A stretch of DNA of 64,000 bases from Deltaproteobacteria bacterium (GCA_016218965.1 JACRCP010000150.1:12316-76315); one strand, 5' to 3'. Positions 16,999 to 26,656 are shown, counted from the stretch's first letter. The notes: generated from the sequence alone by a model not told the origin. Program-made: numbers and translations.

Positions 16999-19812
16999 TC
17001 AGCGCCGCCGGCGGAGCGCCGCGAGCGCCGCGCCCAAGACCGCGAGCAAGGCCAAAAGCCCCGCATCGTCCCCGGCGCCCACCGAAGCGCAACCGCAGCC
17101 GTTCGCCTCGACCTCGGAAATCCCGCCGCCGCCCTTGCCCGTCCCCGCCGACGCCGTTCCGGGCGCCCCAAGGTCCTGCGAACCCGCCAGAGGAGCCACA
17201 ATCACGGCAACGGACTCGCGGCCCGATTCGTCGGCGGCCCGGACTTCGACCCCGATTGCGACAGCGTCCGGAGGCAGCGTTTCGCCGTTGCGAATCGCGA
17301 TCCACGCCGCGCCGTTTGCGCGGTACGAAATCGCGATGCGCTCGGGCGGCGTGACGAGGTCGTCGGCCTTGACCGTCACGACGCTGCGCTCGTCGCGATC
17401 GAGCCGGAGCTCGGGCGGCTCGGCGTCGATGATGAAGTTGAGCCGGACGCCGGTCGGGTCGGTCGTTTCGGGCCTCCCCGTCATCCTGGCCCGCACGTCC
17501 AGCCTGTGCCTGCCTTGGAGGACGAGGATCGGATCGGAAACGACAATTTCGGGCCCGCGCTGATACGGCGTCCAGAGTCCCCCGTCGAGCCGGTACGAGT
17601 ATTCAAGCGAAACGTCCCGCGCAACCCGCACCGTGACGCGCGGCAGGACCTGCCGCTTTGACCCCAGGAGCCCGAACGCCTCGATGGGCGGGACCTCGAC
17701 GGATTCGATTGCCGCCTCGGTCGCGACAGGCGGCGGCGGGTTCGGCGTGTCCATGGCGAGATTGGCGTACACGGCAAGGAACTCCTGGTAGCAGCCCGGC
17801 TTGGCCTCGTCAGTGTCGCTGCAGTCCGGCGGATCGGCATACGGCAGCTCGCCGCGGATCGCCATGATCTGGAGCTTGATGCTCTGGAAGCACGAGCCGT
17901 CGGACTTCATGCACTGCTCGTCGTTTGCGTCGCAGGTCGTTCCCGCGGGGCAGTTGGGCTTGGCCGGGTCGCACGACTGGCATATGGGCGGCACGTCGAA
18001 CCCCGACAGGCCTCCGCCCAGGAGCGGGCCAAGGAGCGACCCGATGAGCGCCCCGAACGCCTGTTCGAGCGTCTCCGGGGGCGTCGCCAGCATCTCGGCA
18101 TTCGTGACCTTGGTGTTCTTGATGCCCTTGCCGAGGTCGCCCAGGATGGGGACGATCTGGAGCGTGCCCGGTTCGCCCTCCTTGGGCGCCAGGTCAAGCC
18201 CGACCGGAAGTTCGACGTCCGCGGTCAGCGTGAAGATTCGCGTGAACCGGTCGAAGGCCATCACGTAAAAATCTATCGAGAGCTGGTTGAGCTGAACAAG
18301 CAGGAGGGGTTTCACCATCAGCATCTTGCCCGAACCGTCGTCCTTGAGCGTCCCCGCGCCGATCTTGACGATGGGGGCCTGGGTGGGCCGAAGCGACAGG
18401 AGCACGGGTCTGCTCTTCTCCTCGGTGAGCTTCTTGATCTCCGGGAGCAGCGCGGCGAGCACACCCGAGTTGAGCATGTCAATCGACGATGTGCCGATGT
18501 TGATGCACAGCACCCCGGCGTTGAACGCGGCCCACAGGACCTTTTGGATGAAGAACTCGTGGACCCCGATGCCGGCCATGAAGTCCACCTCGGGGCACGT
18601 CCCGTCGGCCTTCTTGCACACCTTGAACGCCGGGTCGCAGGCCGCGTCGGGCGGGCACGACGGGGCGGCCGGGTCGCACTTGGCGCAGACAAACGCCTTG
18701 TTGAGCGGGGCGCTGGTGCCGGCGCCGAACTCCAGATCGGGGATGCCGGCCTGCGGCGGATCGGGCGGGGTGGTCTGCGGCACGCAGAGGTTCTGCTCGC
18801 TGGTCGCCCCGGCCATGAGCCGCACCGTGAGCCCGTTGCTCTTGACGTACTCGGGGTTGGTTCCCCCCGTCACGAGGGACATGTCGAGCTTGGCCTGGAG
18901 CCCGGGCGCAAAGTCGGCAAGCAGCGAAGCCGCGTCGATCCGCCCCTCCATGCCGAGCGGCGCCGGCACGCACTGGCCCCCCACCTTGCACGCCTGGTCG
19001 GCCGGGTCGCAGGCCGCCCCGGCGTTCACGGGACATTCGTTCCCCACGGGGCACGGCTGGCACTTCATGTCCTTGAGGGCGTCGTCGATCATTTCCTTCA
19101 GGTTGAACTGGCTCATCATCTGGTCGACAATGATGCCCTTGATGAAACCGATATTGGCGATCGAGCAGAGCACGCCGCCCTTGATGTCGAAGTCGGTATC
19201 GGGGTCTATCTCGAACACCGGCTCGGCAACGTCAAACGTCATTCGCTTCGTCGGGACGTCGTTCCGGAACGTGACCGAGGTCGTCACCGGCTTGTCTTTG
19301 ACGTCGAGGGTCACGTCGCACTTGTTGTCAAGGATGATTTTGATGTTGATCTTGATCTTGCCCTTGAGGTTTAGGAACGCCTTCACGTCGAGCTTGTCGG
19401 GCGAGACCGGCGTGAGATCCATCCCCTGAAGATCGGCGCACAGGCAGCAGTCGGCCACGGGGTTCATCGGCGGGTCGCCGGTGCACTTGGGGTTCACGTT
19501 GTCGTTGCACGGGTTCCCGGTACACACATAGGCCGTCCCAACAGTGATGCTGCTCTCGCTCTCGGGGATCCCGAACGCCAGCCCCTCGGGCATGAAAGAC
19601 GCGAGGATGGACTTCAGGTTGCCCTCGAGAAATGTTATGGCGCTCGACCCGAGGCGCGCCTGCGCGGCGTTCTCGGTGGTCGGTTCCTGGTACCCTCCCG
19701 GGATCGTCTCCATGCAACTGCACCCGCTGCACCCCCCGCCGCAGCGCATCATGATGAGCGACAGGGTGATCCCTATTAGGACGAGCGTCAGCCTCTTGTT
19801 CCCGACTTTCAT
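16999..19812 (-). CDS. MYXO-CTERM surface protein with probable BPI/LBP (TULIP)-like lipid-binding domains and Cys-rich inserts
   Basis: Signal peptide followed by CGGGCSGCSC; C-terminal GCGCASV-TM-RRRR sorting signal; segments MAGIGVHEFF...AGVLCINI and LLPEIKKL...PTQAP resemble the BPI C-terminal domain. Confidence 0.7.
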   Translation of the reverse strand: MKVGNKRLTLVLIGITLSLIMMRCGGGCSGCSCMETIPGGYQEPTTENAAQARLGSSAITFLEGNLKSILASFMPEGLAFGIPESESSITVGTAYVCTGNPCNDNVNPKCTGDPPMNPVADCCLCADLQGMDLTPVSPDKLDVKAFLNLKGKIKINIKIILDNKCDVTLDVKDKPVTTSVTFRNDVPTKRMTFDVAEPVFEIDPDTDFDIKGGVLCSIANIGFIKGIIVDQMMSQFNLKEMIDDALKDMKCQPCPVGNECPVNAGAACDPADQACKVGGQCVPAPLGMEGRIDAASLLADFAPGLQAKLDMSLVTGGTNPEYVKSNGLTVRLMAGATSEQNLCVPQTTPPDPPQAGIPDLEFGAGTSAPLNKAFVCAKCDPAAPSCPPDAACDPAFKVCKKADGTCPEVDFMAGIGVHEFFIQKVLWAAFNAGVLCINIGTSSIDMLNSGVLAALLPEIKKLTEEKSRPVLLSLRPTQAPIVKIGAGTLKDDGSGKMLMVKPLLLVQLNQLSIDFYVMAFDRFTRIFTLTADVELPVGLDLAPKEGEPGTLQIVPILGDLGKGIKNTKVTNAEMLATPPETLEQAFGALIGSLLGPLLGGGLSGFDVPPICQSCDPAKPNCPAGTTCDANDEQCMKSDGSCFQSIKLQIMAIRGELPYADPPDCSDTDEAKPGCYQEFLAVYANLAMDTPNPPPPVATEAAIESVEVPPIEAFGLLGSKRQVLPRVTVRVARDVSLEYSYRLDGGLWTPYQRGPEIVVSDPILVLQGRHRLDVRARMTGRPETTDPTGVRLNFIIDAEPPELRLDRDERSVVTVKADDLVTPPERIAISYRANGAAWIAIRNGETLPPDAVAIGVEVRAADESGRESVAVIVAPLAGSQDLGAPGTASAGTGKGGGGISEVEANGCGCASVGAGDDAGLLALLAVLGAALAALRRRR

Positions 19813-19889
19813 GGCAAATCCCTCCGACTGGAGAACCGGTCGCCGAACTTTCCTTGATTGTAACAAAAATGGGCAAATGGATACAACAA

Positions 19890-19918
19890 GTTATTTTGGG
19901 GCTTGTTATTTTGGGGCT
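19890..19918. promoter_or_regulatory. 14 bp tandem direct repeat in a divergent promoter region (possible operator)
   Basis: GTTATTTTGGGGCT at 19890-19903 and 19905-19918 in an AT-rich intergenic region. Confidence 0.4.
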
Positions 19919-20022
19919 CCAAATCCCCCGGTGACCCTGATTGCGCTTTACTTGGCCGCGAGGCGCGTGCTAGAAAACGGCCGTTCCGGCGGGAACGGGA
20001 AAAGCAACAGAGGTGGAAGGTC

Positions 20023-21504
20023 ATGGGTCAAGGCACGGACAGGCGGGTCGGCATCGGGCGCGAGGAGCCCCTTCTGCTCGAGCGTTCAAAGAAAGGCCGC
20101 AAGGGGTATTCGGTGGCGGGCGCCGACTCGGTGTCGGACCGCGACATCAGGATTCCGGCCGGGCTTCTGCGCGACGCAGTCCCGGGGATCCCCGAGGCCG
20201 ACGAGGTCACCGTCGTCCGCCACTTCACGCGCCTTTCGCAGTGGAACTACGGCGTGGACACGGGCATGTATCCGCTGGGCTCGTGCACCATGAAGTACAA
20301 TCCCAAGGTAAACGAGGCCGCCGCCCGCCACCCCATCATGGACTCGCTCCACCCGTACACGCCCGAATCCATGGCGCAGGGCGCGCTGGCGCTTGTCTGG
20401 CGCCTTGAGCGGGCGCTCGCCGAGCTTTCGGGGTTCGAACGGGTCACGCTCCAACCCGCCGCCGGGGCGCACGGCGAGCTCTGCGGAATCATGATGGTCC
20501 GGGCGCATTTTTCGGCGCGAGGCGAGCGGCGGCGCAAGGTGCTGATCCCCGACACCGCGCACGGCACCAACCCCGCCTCGAGCGCGCTCGTCGGCTGCGA
20601 GGTGGTGCAGGTCAAATCGGGAAGCGCCGGAATAGTCGAGGCCGGGACGCTTGAGCAGGCCGTGGACGGCGACACCGCGGCGTTCATGATGACCAACCCC
20701 AACACCCTGGGTCTGTTCGAGAGCGAGATGCCAAAAATAGCCGGGCTCCTGCACGACAAGGGCGCCCTGCTCTACTGCGACGGCGCCAACTTCAACTCGC
20801 TCATGGGCATCGCGCGGCCCGGCGACATGGGCGTGGACGTCATGCAGTTCAACCTCCACAAGACGTTCTCGACCCCGCACGGCGGCGGCGGTCCAGGCGC
20901 GGGACCGGTGGGGGTGTCAAAGACGCTCGAGCCGTACCTCCCCGTCCCCGTCATCGAGAAGGTGGGGGACACCTTCAGGGCGTCAACCTCAAGACCGCTC
21001 TCGATAGGCCGGATGAAGGCATTCTACGGCAACTTCGGCGTACTCTTGCGGGCGTTCACGTACATCGCCGAGCTGGGCGCCCCGGGACTCAAAAAGGCGA
21101 CGGGGTGCGCGGTGCTCAACGCGAACTACGTCCTTGAGCGCCTCCGCGGCGACTACCACGTGCCGTACGCCGGGCGCTGCATGCACGAGTGCGTGCTCAC
21201 CGACAAAAACCAGTCCGTGTTCGGCGTGACGACGCTCGACATCGCAAAGCGGCTCATGGACCACGGGTTCCACCCGCCGACCATATACTTCCCGCTCGTC
21301 GTCCACGGGGCGCTGATGATCGAGCCGACCGAGTCCGAGAGCCTGGAGAGCTTGGACGAGTTCGTGGAGGCGATGAAGGCAATCGCGGCCGAGACGCGTT
21401 CGGACCCGGGAGCCGTCAAGGCCGCGCCCACGCTCACGCCCGTTGCGCGCATGGACGAGATAGGGGCCGCCAGGAATCCCTGTCTCGTCTCCACGGTGAA
21501 GTGA
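20023..21504 (+). CDS. gcvPB: Glycine dehydrogenase (decarboxylating) subunit 2
   Basis: YPLGSCTMKYNP, QPAAGAHGE, AHGTNPAS, TNPNTLGLFE and PLP site NLHKTFSTPHGGGGPG; start MGQG after an AGGTGGAAGG SD. Confidence 0.95.
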   Translation: MGQGTDRRVGIGREEPLLLERSKKGRKGYSVAGADSVSDRDIRIPAGLLRDAVPGIPEADEVTVVRHFTRLSQWNYGVDTGMYPLGSCTMKYNPKVNEAAARHPIMDSLHPYTPESMAQGALALVWRLERALAELSGFERVTLQPAAGAHGELCGIMMVRAHFSARGERRRKVLIPDTAHGTNPASSALVGCEVVQVKSGSAGIVEAGTLEQAVDGDTAAFMMTNPNTLGLFESEMPKIAGLLHDKGALLYCDGANFNSLMGIARPGDMGVDVMQFNLHKTFSTPHGGGGPGAGPVGVSKTLEPYLPVPVIEKVGDTFRASTSRPLSIGRMKAFYGNFGVLLRAFTYIAELGAPGLKKATGCAVLNANYVLERLRGDYHVPYAGRCMHECVLTDKNQSVFGVTTLDIAKRLMDHGFHPPTIYFPLVVHGALMIEPTESESLESLDEFVEAMKAIAAETRSDPGAVKAAPTLTPVARMDEIGAARNPCLVSTVK

Positions 21505-21508
21505 AACC

Positions 21509-21561
21509 TTGGAGTGCGGTGGCTTGACACCGCCTTGATTTCGCGGCGGCTCGACGCCGCG
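21509..21561. repeat. Tandem REP-like hairpin pair
   Basis: GGAGT-GCGGTG-GCTTGA-CACCGC followed by GCGGCG-GCTCGA-CGCCGC; near-identical loop and a compensatory stem change. Confidence 0.6.
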
Positions 21562-21597
21562 GGGCAGTCCGAACCGGGTCAACCGAGGGAGAACGAC

Positions 21598-22239
21598 ATG
21601 TACCGCTGCATTCTGGCCGCAATCTCGATCGCCCTTGCCTTCTCGATCGCCGCCTGCGCCGCCGCGCCTGTTCCGCCGGCGCCGCCCGATGTGCCTTCGG
21701 CCGGGGCGCCCCTGGCGCCGCCGCCGCCGCCGGGAAAACCGATGGCGACGATCGTGACGACGTTGGGCGAGATCACCTGCGAGCTTTTCCCCGAGCAGGC
21801 GCCCAAGACCGTGTTGAACTTCGTGGGACTCGCCGAAGGCACGCGCGAATGGACCGACCCCGCCTCGGGCCAGAAGGTCAAGCGCCCGCTCTATTCCGGC
21901 ACCATCTTTCACCGCGTGATCCCCGACTTCATGATCCAGGGCGGCGACCCCGCCGGCGACGGAACCGGGGGTCCGGGCTACAGGTTCGAGGACGAGTGCA
22001 CGGCGGACCTCAAGTTTGACGTTCCGGGCCGCCTCGCCATGGCGAACGCCGGCCCCGGCACCAACGGGTCGCAGTTCTTCATCACCGAGTCCCCGGTCGA
22101 GCCGCTCAACATGAAGCACACCATCTTCGGCCAGTGCCGGAGCGCAGACGTTGTGCGCGCCATCGCCCGCGTCCCGCGCGACAACCGCGACCGCCCCTGG
22201 ACCAAGGTGGTCATCAGGGAAATCAGGATCACGAAGTAG
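21598..22239 (+). CDS. Cyclophilin-type peptidyl-prolyl isomerase, probable lipoprotein
   Basis: Signal with IAAC, Pro-rich linker, APKTV.NF, FHRVIPDFMIQGGDP, AMANAGPGTNGSQFFIT, HTIFG. Confidence 0.93.
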   Translation: MYRCILAAISIALAFSIAACAAAPVPPAPPDVPSAGAPLAPPPPPGKPMATIVTTLGEITCELFPEQAPKTVLNFVGLAEGTREWTDPASGQKVKRPLYSGTIFHRVIPDFMIQGGDPAGDGTGGPGYRFEDECTADLKFDVPGRLAMANAGPGTNGSQFFITESPVEPLNMKHTIFGQCRSADVVRAIARVPRDNRDRPWTKVVIREIRITK

Positions 22240-22275
22240 CGAGGCCGGGGCTGCGGCGCGGCAAGGTTTGAGTTT

Positions 22276-23181
22276 CTACTTCCCCCCCGGGGCCTGGGAG
22301 AAGTGCGGGCGTTCGAGGGGGCCGGTGATCTGGTACGAGTAGAAGCCTTCCTTGTCCTTGGACGACTGGATGGCGAACAGGAGCGGCTGGAGCTTCTGGT
22401 TCTTCTGGACGAACTCGTCCGAGGGTTTGAACTTGAGCTTGATGTTGAGGCCCGTCGCCGTGATCTTGGCCGAGAGGTTCGACGTCCCCTCGCCCTTGAC
22501 TTCGATGTCCTTCCCCTTCCCCTTGAACTCCTTGACCTCCGCCTTCCCGTCCTTGATCTCGAACCTCGCCTGGACCTTGCCGAAGTTCATCTTGGGCAGA
22601 TCAAACCCCATGAACTTCCCCTCCGTGAGCACGAGGTCGGAGAGGGCGATCTTTACGGACCCGTCGTCCTTCTTGGCGTCCTTGGTGTCGTAGGTCAGGT
22701 CGATCTCTCCCGAGACCCTCCCAATGAATTTTACGCCCATGGACTCCCAGAGCATCCCGAGCCGGGCGAGGTTGATGGAGTCCACCGAAAGGTCCAGGTC
22801 CTGCCGCGTCTCCTTGGCGCCTATCGTGCCCGAGACCGACCCGTCAAACCCCTTGACCGCAAACTTGACCCCCTTGCGCCCGGTGAGCATGCCGAGGATC
22901 GGGAGCGTGATTCGGAGCTCTTCAACTTTGAGTTTGGCCGCCTTGGGGTCGGCGCCCACGGCCGAGATGGCGACGTCTTTGAACGTGAGCCCGCCCAGCA
23001 GGCCCGCCCCGGTCTGCCCCGCCTCTATCCGGTACCCCGCGCTCCCCTCCAGCTCCTTCTGAACAAGCCCTTTGATCTGGTCCATCGGGAGCGCCATCGG
23101 AAAGAACACCGCGACGCAAACGATGAAGAAGATCGGGTACCCGATGGCCTTGAGCAGCAGTATCTTCCTATCCTTTTCCAT
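22276..23181 (-). CDS. gspN: Type II secretion system protein N
   Basis: Last gene of the gsp cluster; N-terminal TM followed by a beta-rich periplasmic body. Confidence 0.75.
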   Translation of the reverse strand: MEKDRKILLLKAIGYPIFFIVCVAVFFPMALPMDQIKGLVQKELEGSAGYRIEAGQTGAGLLGGLTFKDVAISAVGADPKAAKLKVEELRITLPILGMLTGRKGVKFAVKGFDGSVSGTIGAKETRQDLDLSVDSINLARLGMLWESMGVKFIGRVSGEIDLTYDTKDAKKDDGSVKIALSDLVLTEGKFMGFDLPKMNFGKVQARFEIKDGKAEVKEFKGKGKDIEVKGEGTSNLSAKITATGLNIKLKFKPSDEFVQKNQKLQPLLFAIQSSKDKEGFYSYQITGPLERPHFSQAPGGK

Positions 23182-23742
23182 TCAGCCCGCCGCTTTGTAG
23201 GTTGAGATGGTGACGTTGGCATCTATGAGCTTCTGCTTGTCCTTGTCAAAACGCGCTCGAAACCGGAACTTTGTGATCTTGACGAGCTCGGCGCCGTGCT
23301 CGAGCTTGTCGAGGAAGTCGAGCAGCCTGTCCTGGGTGATCTTGTTGATGTTCACTTCGACGGATACTTCCTTGACCTTCGCGTCCTTCTCGGCGGCGGC
23401 CGTCCGCTCGTTCATGTCCGACACCTCGACATCCATCCGCCGCGCAAGGTCCTCGATGTGCGAAAACAGGTTGACGTTGTTGTTTTTCAACCGGTTCGCA
23501 ACGACATCCGTGACCCTCTCGGCCTCCTTGTAGGCGCTCCTGAGCTGGATGATCTCGTTGAGCTTCGCCTCCTTCTCGGCGATGCGCGCCTCGGCGTCCG
23601 ACAGTCTGGCCGAAACCAGATAGATGGTGGCGACAAAGACGAGCGCCACGACCGCCCCGCCCATGGCAAGCACGATCTTCTTTTCGCGCGGCGAGATGTT
23701 CTCCCACCACGTCCGCACCCTGTCGCGTATCTTCCTGAACAT
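23182..23742 (-). CDS. gspM: Type II secretion system protein M
   Basis: ISPREK + TM + coiled coil + ferredoxin-like end; lies after gspL. Confidence 0.8.
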   Translation of the reverse strand: MFRKIRDRVRTWWENISPREKKIVLAMGGAVVALVFVATIYLVSARLSDAEARIAEKEAKLNEIIQLRSAYKEAERVTDVVANRLKNNNVNLFSHIEDLARRMDVEVSDMNERTAAAEKDAKVKEVSVEVNINKITQDRLLDFLDKLEHGAELVKITKFRFRARFDKDKQKLIDANVTISTYKAAG

Positions 23743-23766
23743 CCGCGTCCTCCCGCGTTCCGCGCC

Positions 23767-23825
23767 CCCAGGGCAGCCGCTGCGCGCCAACCCTGGGCTT
23801 CAAATCCGCGACCCCATCGGGGTCG
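23767..23825. repeat. REP-like double hairpin in the gspL-gspM spacer
   Basis: CCCAGGG...CCCTGGG and CGACCCC-ATC-GGGGTCG palindromes. Confidence 0.55.
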
Positions 23826-23827
23826 GG

Positions 23828-23862
23828 GCCTCACGCCTCATGCCTCATGCCTCATGCCTCGT
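23828..23862. repeat. GCCTCAT-type heptamer array (5 units)
   Basis: gcctcac gcctcat gcctcat gcctcat gcctcgt directly after the gspL stop. Confidence 0.85.
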
Positions 23863-25334
23863 CAACACTTCGGCGTCACGGTCAGGTCGAACTCGACCTT
23901 TGCGCCGTCCACCGACTTTTTCACCTTTCCCTTGTTGATCTCCTCGAAGCACTTGTTTGTCTTTAGCCCGTTGACGATCTTGTCCACGGCCTCGAAGCTC
24001 TCGGTGTCGCCCTCGATGCGAATCTTGTTGGACTGGATGCTGAACTCCCGCAGGTCGATCCGCAGGTCCTCGGGGAAACCGACGGACACCTCGCTGAAGT
24101 AGTCGAGCGCAGTCTTCTTTGGGACGGGGCTGGCCTGCGGGTTGATCTTCTGCTTGATGATTGACAGGGCGATCTTGTAGTCGTCGTACGGTTTCCCCAA
24201 GAGCGTCTTGGTCACGTCGCGCAGACGGTTGTCGAGCTTCTCCTCGTGCGAAGAAAGCCCGTGCGACCGCACCATCGCGCTCCCCAGCGCCAGCGCGACG
24301 ATGACCGCGGCCGCCGCGCCCATCTGAATGAGCTTTCCGCGCAGGAACTTGTACTCGCCCTTGAACGCGAACTCGTCCTTGCGCAGATCGATGACCTCTC
24401 GGCGGAGGCCCGAGGCCGACATCGCCGCCAGGGCGAACGCCAGCGCGAACCTCCCGCCGTCCTCGCGCGCCGCGCCGCGCGCCAGGTTTTCGCCCACGGT
24501 CTCGCAGCGGACCTGAAGGTTGCCTGCCACAAACGCGGGCAGTCCGGGCACCGACGCCCCTCCCCCGCAGATGAACACCGCCTGGACCTCCCGCCGCGTG
24601 CGCGCCGCGTACGAAACCGCCGAAAGCCTCAGGTGCTCGACGAGCACCAGCGCCGCGCTGCCGGCGGCCGCCTCGCGCGCCGTCTCGGCGGCGGCGTTCA
24701 CGGCGGCGTCAATGTCGCCTGTCCCGAACCTCACCGAGCGCGCGAACGGGACGTCGCGTTCGTCGACGACGCAGATGGAGGTGTGACGGGCGCCGACGTC
24801 GGCCACGATGTAAGGCCCGGCGCCGCAGCGCTCCGGGTCCATCATTCTGGCCGCAAACTTGAGGGCCAAGGCCGGGGGGACCAGGCATCGCGGGTCGATC
24901 TGCGCGGCGGCGCACAGCTCAAGCGCCGAGGCGATCTCGGTTTTGAGCGCGTGGACGGCGCCCACCTCGACGTCCTTCTCCCGCCGCTCGACTATCCGGT
25001 AGTCGTACACGACGGCGTCAAGCTCGTGCGGCATGTGCGCCTCGAGCTCGAACCCGACGGTGGCGGCCACCTTGCGCGGGTCGGTCATCGCAATGTCGAG
25101 CCGAGTCACCACCGCGGCGGACGGGTGCAGGGCGGCAAAGACCGAGTCGGCGCGAACCCTGCCCGCGAGGCGCGCCACCGCTGCGCGTGCCCGCTCGGCC
25201 CATTGGAGCTCGTCGCCCGGCTCGATTGTCTCGTCGATCCGTTCGACGACGGCGAAGCCCCGGGCGCCCCCGGTCACGACGACCGCCTTGACCGCCCCGG
25301 TTCCGATGTCCAGCCCGCAATGCCTCTGCGCCAT
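23862..25334 (-). CDS. gspL: Type II secretion system protein L (PilM-like actin-fold N-terminus)
   Basis: GLDIGTGAVK, DVGARHT, ICGGGA, IDLRKDEF, TM and PilN-like C-terminus. Confidence 0.82.
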   Translation of the reverse strand: MAQRHCGLDIGTGAVKAVVVTGGARGFAVVERIDETIEPGDELQWAERARAAVARLAGRVRADSVFAALHPSAAVVTRLDIAMTDPRKVAATVGFELEAHMPHELDAVVYDYRIVERREKDVEVGAVHALKTEIASALELCAAAQIDPRCLVPPALALKFAARMMDPERCGAGPYIVADVGARHTSICVVDERDVPFARSVRFGTGDIDAAVNAAAETAREAAAGSAALVLVEHLRLSAVSYAARTRREVQAVFICGGGASVPGLPAFVAGNLQVRCETVGENLARGAAREDGGRFALAFALAAMSASGLRREVIDLRKDEFAFKGEYKFLRGKLIQMGAAAAVIVALALGSAMVRSHGLSSHEEKLDNRLRDVTKTLLGKPYDDYKIALSIIKQKINPQASPVPKKTALDYFSEVSVGFPEDLRIDLREFSIQSNKIRIEGDTESFEAVDKIVNGLKTNKCFEEINKGKVKKSVDGAKVEFDLTVTPKC

Positions 25335-25336
25335 GG

Positions 25337-26656
25337 TCAGTCCTCGCGCCAGTAGAGGATGTCGCTCTTGCCGTCGCCGGTGAACACGACGGCCGTGATG
25401 TGCTTTACGACGCTGCCCACCCGGCCCATCGCGCGTATCGTGAAAAAGCTCGATATGTTGGTGATGGCGTCCTCCATCTTGCCCAGCCCCAGCAGGCTGT
25501 CGTTAAGCGTTATCCCCTCGCCGTTGAAGAACTCGCGGACGTCGGCAAGCGACGGCGTGTAAAAGAGGTTCTGCGACGCCTTGATGGCCTTGAACTCGCG
25601 GAACCGTTCGAGCACCAGGCGCCGCGCGTTTCCGCTCGTGTCGGTGCAGAACGGGTGGTTCTTGTCCTTGACGAAGCCGCAGACGAGCGCGGCGATCATC
25701 AGGTCGTCGGCCGAATTCAGGTTGAGCTTCTGCACCGGGTACACCGTGAGCCGATCGCCGAACTGGGCGAAGAACGAATCGCCCATGCCGCGGACCATGC
25801 GCAGCTCCTGTTTGGTGTCGAACGGCGCATTCTTGGTCGTGTACGGTTCGTCGAGCCGCGCATAGAAGGCATCCTCGGGCGGCCCGATGTCGGTGGCCGT
25901 GAGCAGATCAAACGACTTGTCGTCGCCGTCCATGAAGTCCTTGATCGCCGCGAGCAGCTCCTGACGGTTCGTGTACTGGCCGTCCATGTCCTTGTTCTCG
26001 AACATGTAGTTGTACCGTTGGGGCAGGACGAGCGTCATGAGCTCGGTCATGGCAAGGTTCCGCCAGCCCGAAAGGTTGTCGAAGTTCCGGATGCTGATCT
26101 TCCCCTCCTCGTCCTCGATGTCGGCCCTGAAATAGCCGTCGAAATCGCCGAATTCCGTGGTCGCCGACCCCTCGGTCTCGAAAGCCCGCGCCTCGTTGCC
26201 CGATGCCTTCGAGGCCGACGGCGGGGGTTTGACGGCCTCTTTCGGCGGAGGCGGAGGGACCCCCTCGCCGCCCGGCCCTCCGCCAGGGGGCGCGGTCGGG
26301 ATCCCGAGGGTGTCGAAGACCTGGCCCCTGGCGAACGACTTCGTGAAATCGCTCTCGATTGGAACTATCTTCCAGAGCTGAATCCCGCCGCCGAAGATGG
26401 GAAGCTTGATCTTGGCCATCGTCTGGTCGAGCTGGCGCTGGTAGTAGAGCACCAGCCGCCCGATGTTGACGGCCGACTTGGCCAAAAAATACGCCTTGAC
26501 CTCGTCGCGCGAGTTGGCCGCAAGATTCAGGTTGACCTTGGCGTTGAACGAAAAATCGATGGCGAGCACGGTGAGAATCACGACAATGGTCATCACGACA
26601 AGCAGGGCTACTCCCCGCTCCTTCCGCCTCTTGCCTTGTGCCGACTCATGCCTCAT
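25337..26656 (-). CDS. gspK: Type II secretion minor pseudopilin K
   Basis: RG/VALLVV prepilin site, IEDEEGKI, KNAPFDT..EL..V.G and LNLNSA. Confidence 0.9.
   Translation of the reverse strand: MRHESAQGKRRKERGVALLVVMTIVVILTVLAIDFSFNAKVNLNLAANSRDEVKAYFLAKSAVNIGRLVLYYQRQLDQTMAKIKLPIFGGGIQLWKIVPIESDFTKSFARGQVFDTLGIPTAPPGGGPGGEGVPPPPPKEAVKPPPSASKASGNEARAFETEGSATTEFGDFDGYFRADIEDEEGKISIRNFDNLSGWRNLAMTELMTLVLPQRYNYMFENKDMDGQYTNRQELLAAIKDFMDGDDKSFDLLTATDIGPPEDAFYARLDEPYTTKNAPFDTKQELRMVRGMGDSFFAQFGDRLTVYPVQKLNLNSADDLMIAALVCGFVKDKNHPFCTDTSGNARRLVLERFREFKAIKASQNLFYTPSLADVREFFNGEGITLNDSLLGLGKMEDAITNISSFFTIRAMGRVGSVVKHITAVVFTGDGKSDILYWRED

Noticed and set aside
15148..17661. 837 aa plus-strand ORF and similar long antisense ORFs (e.g. 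46156-48474, 48908-51184, 28733-30586)
   Set aside because: Shadow ORFs opposite well-supported genes in high-GC DNA; no recognisable motifs.
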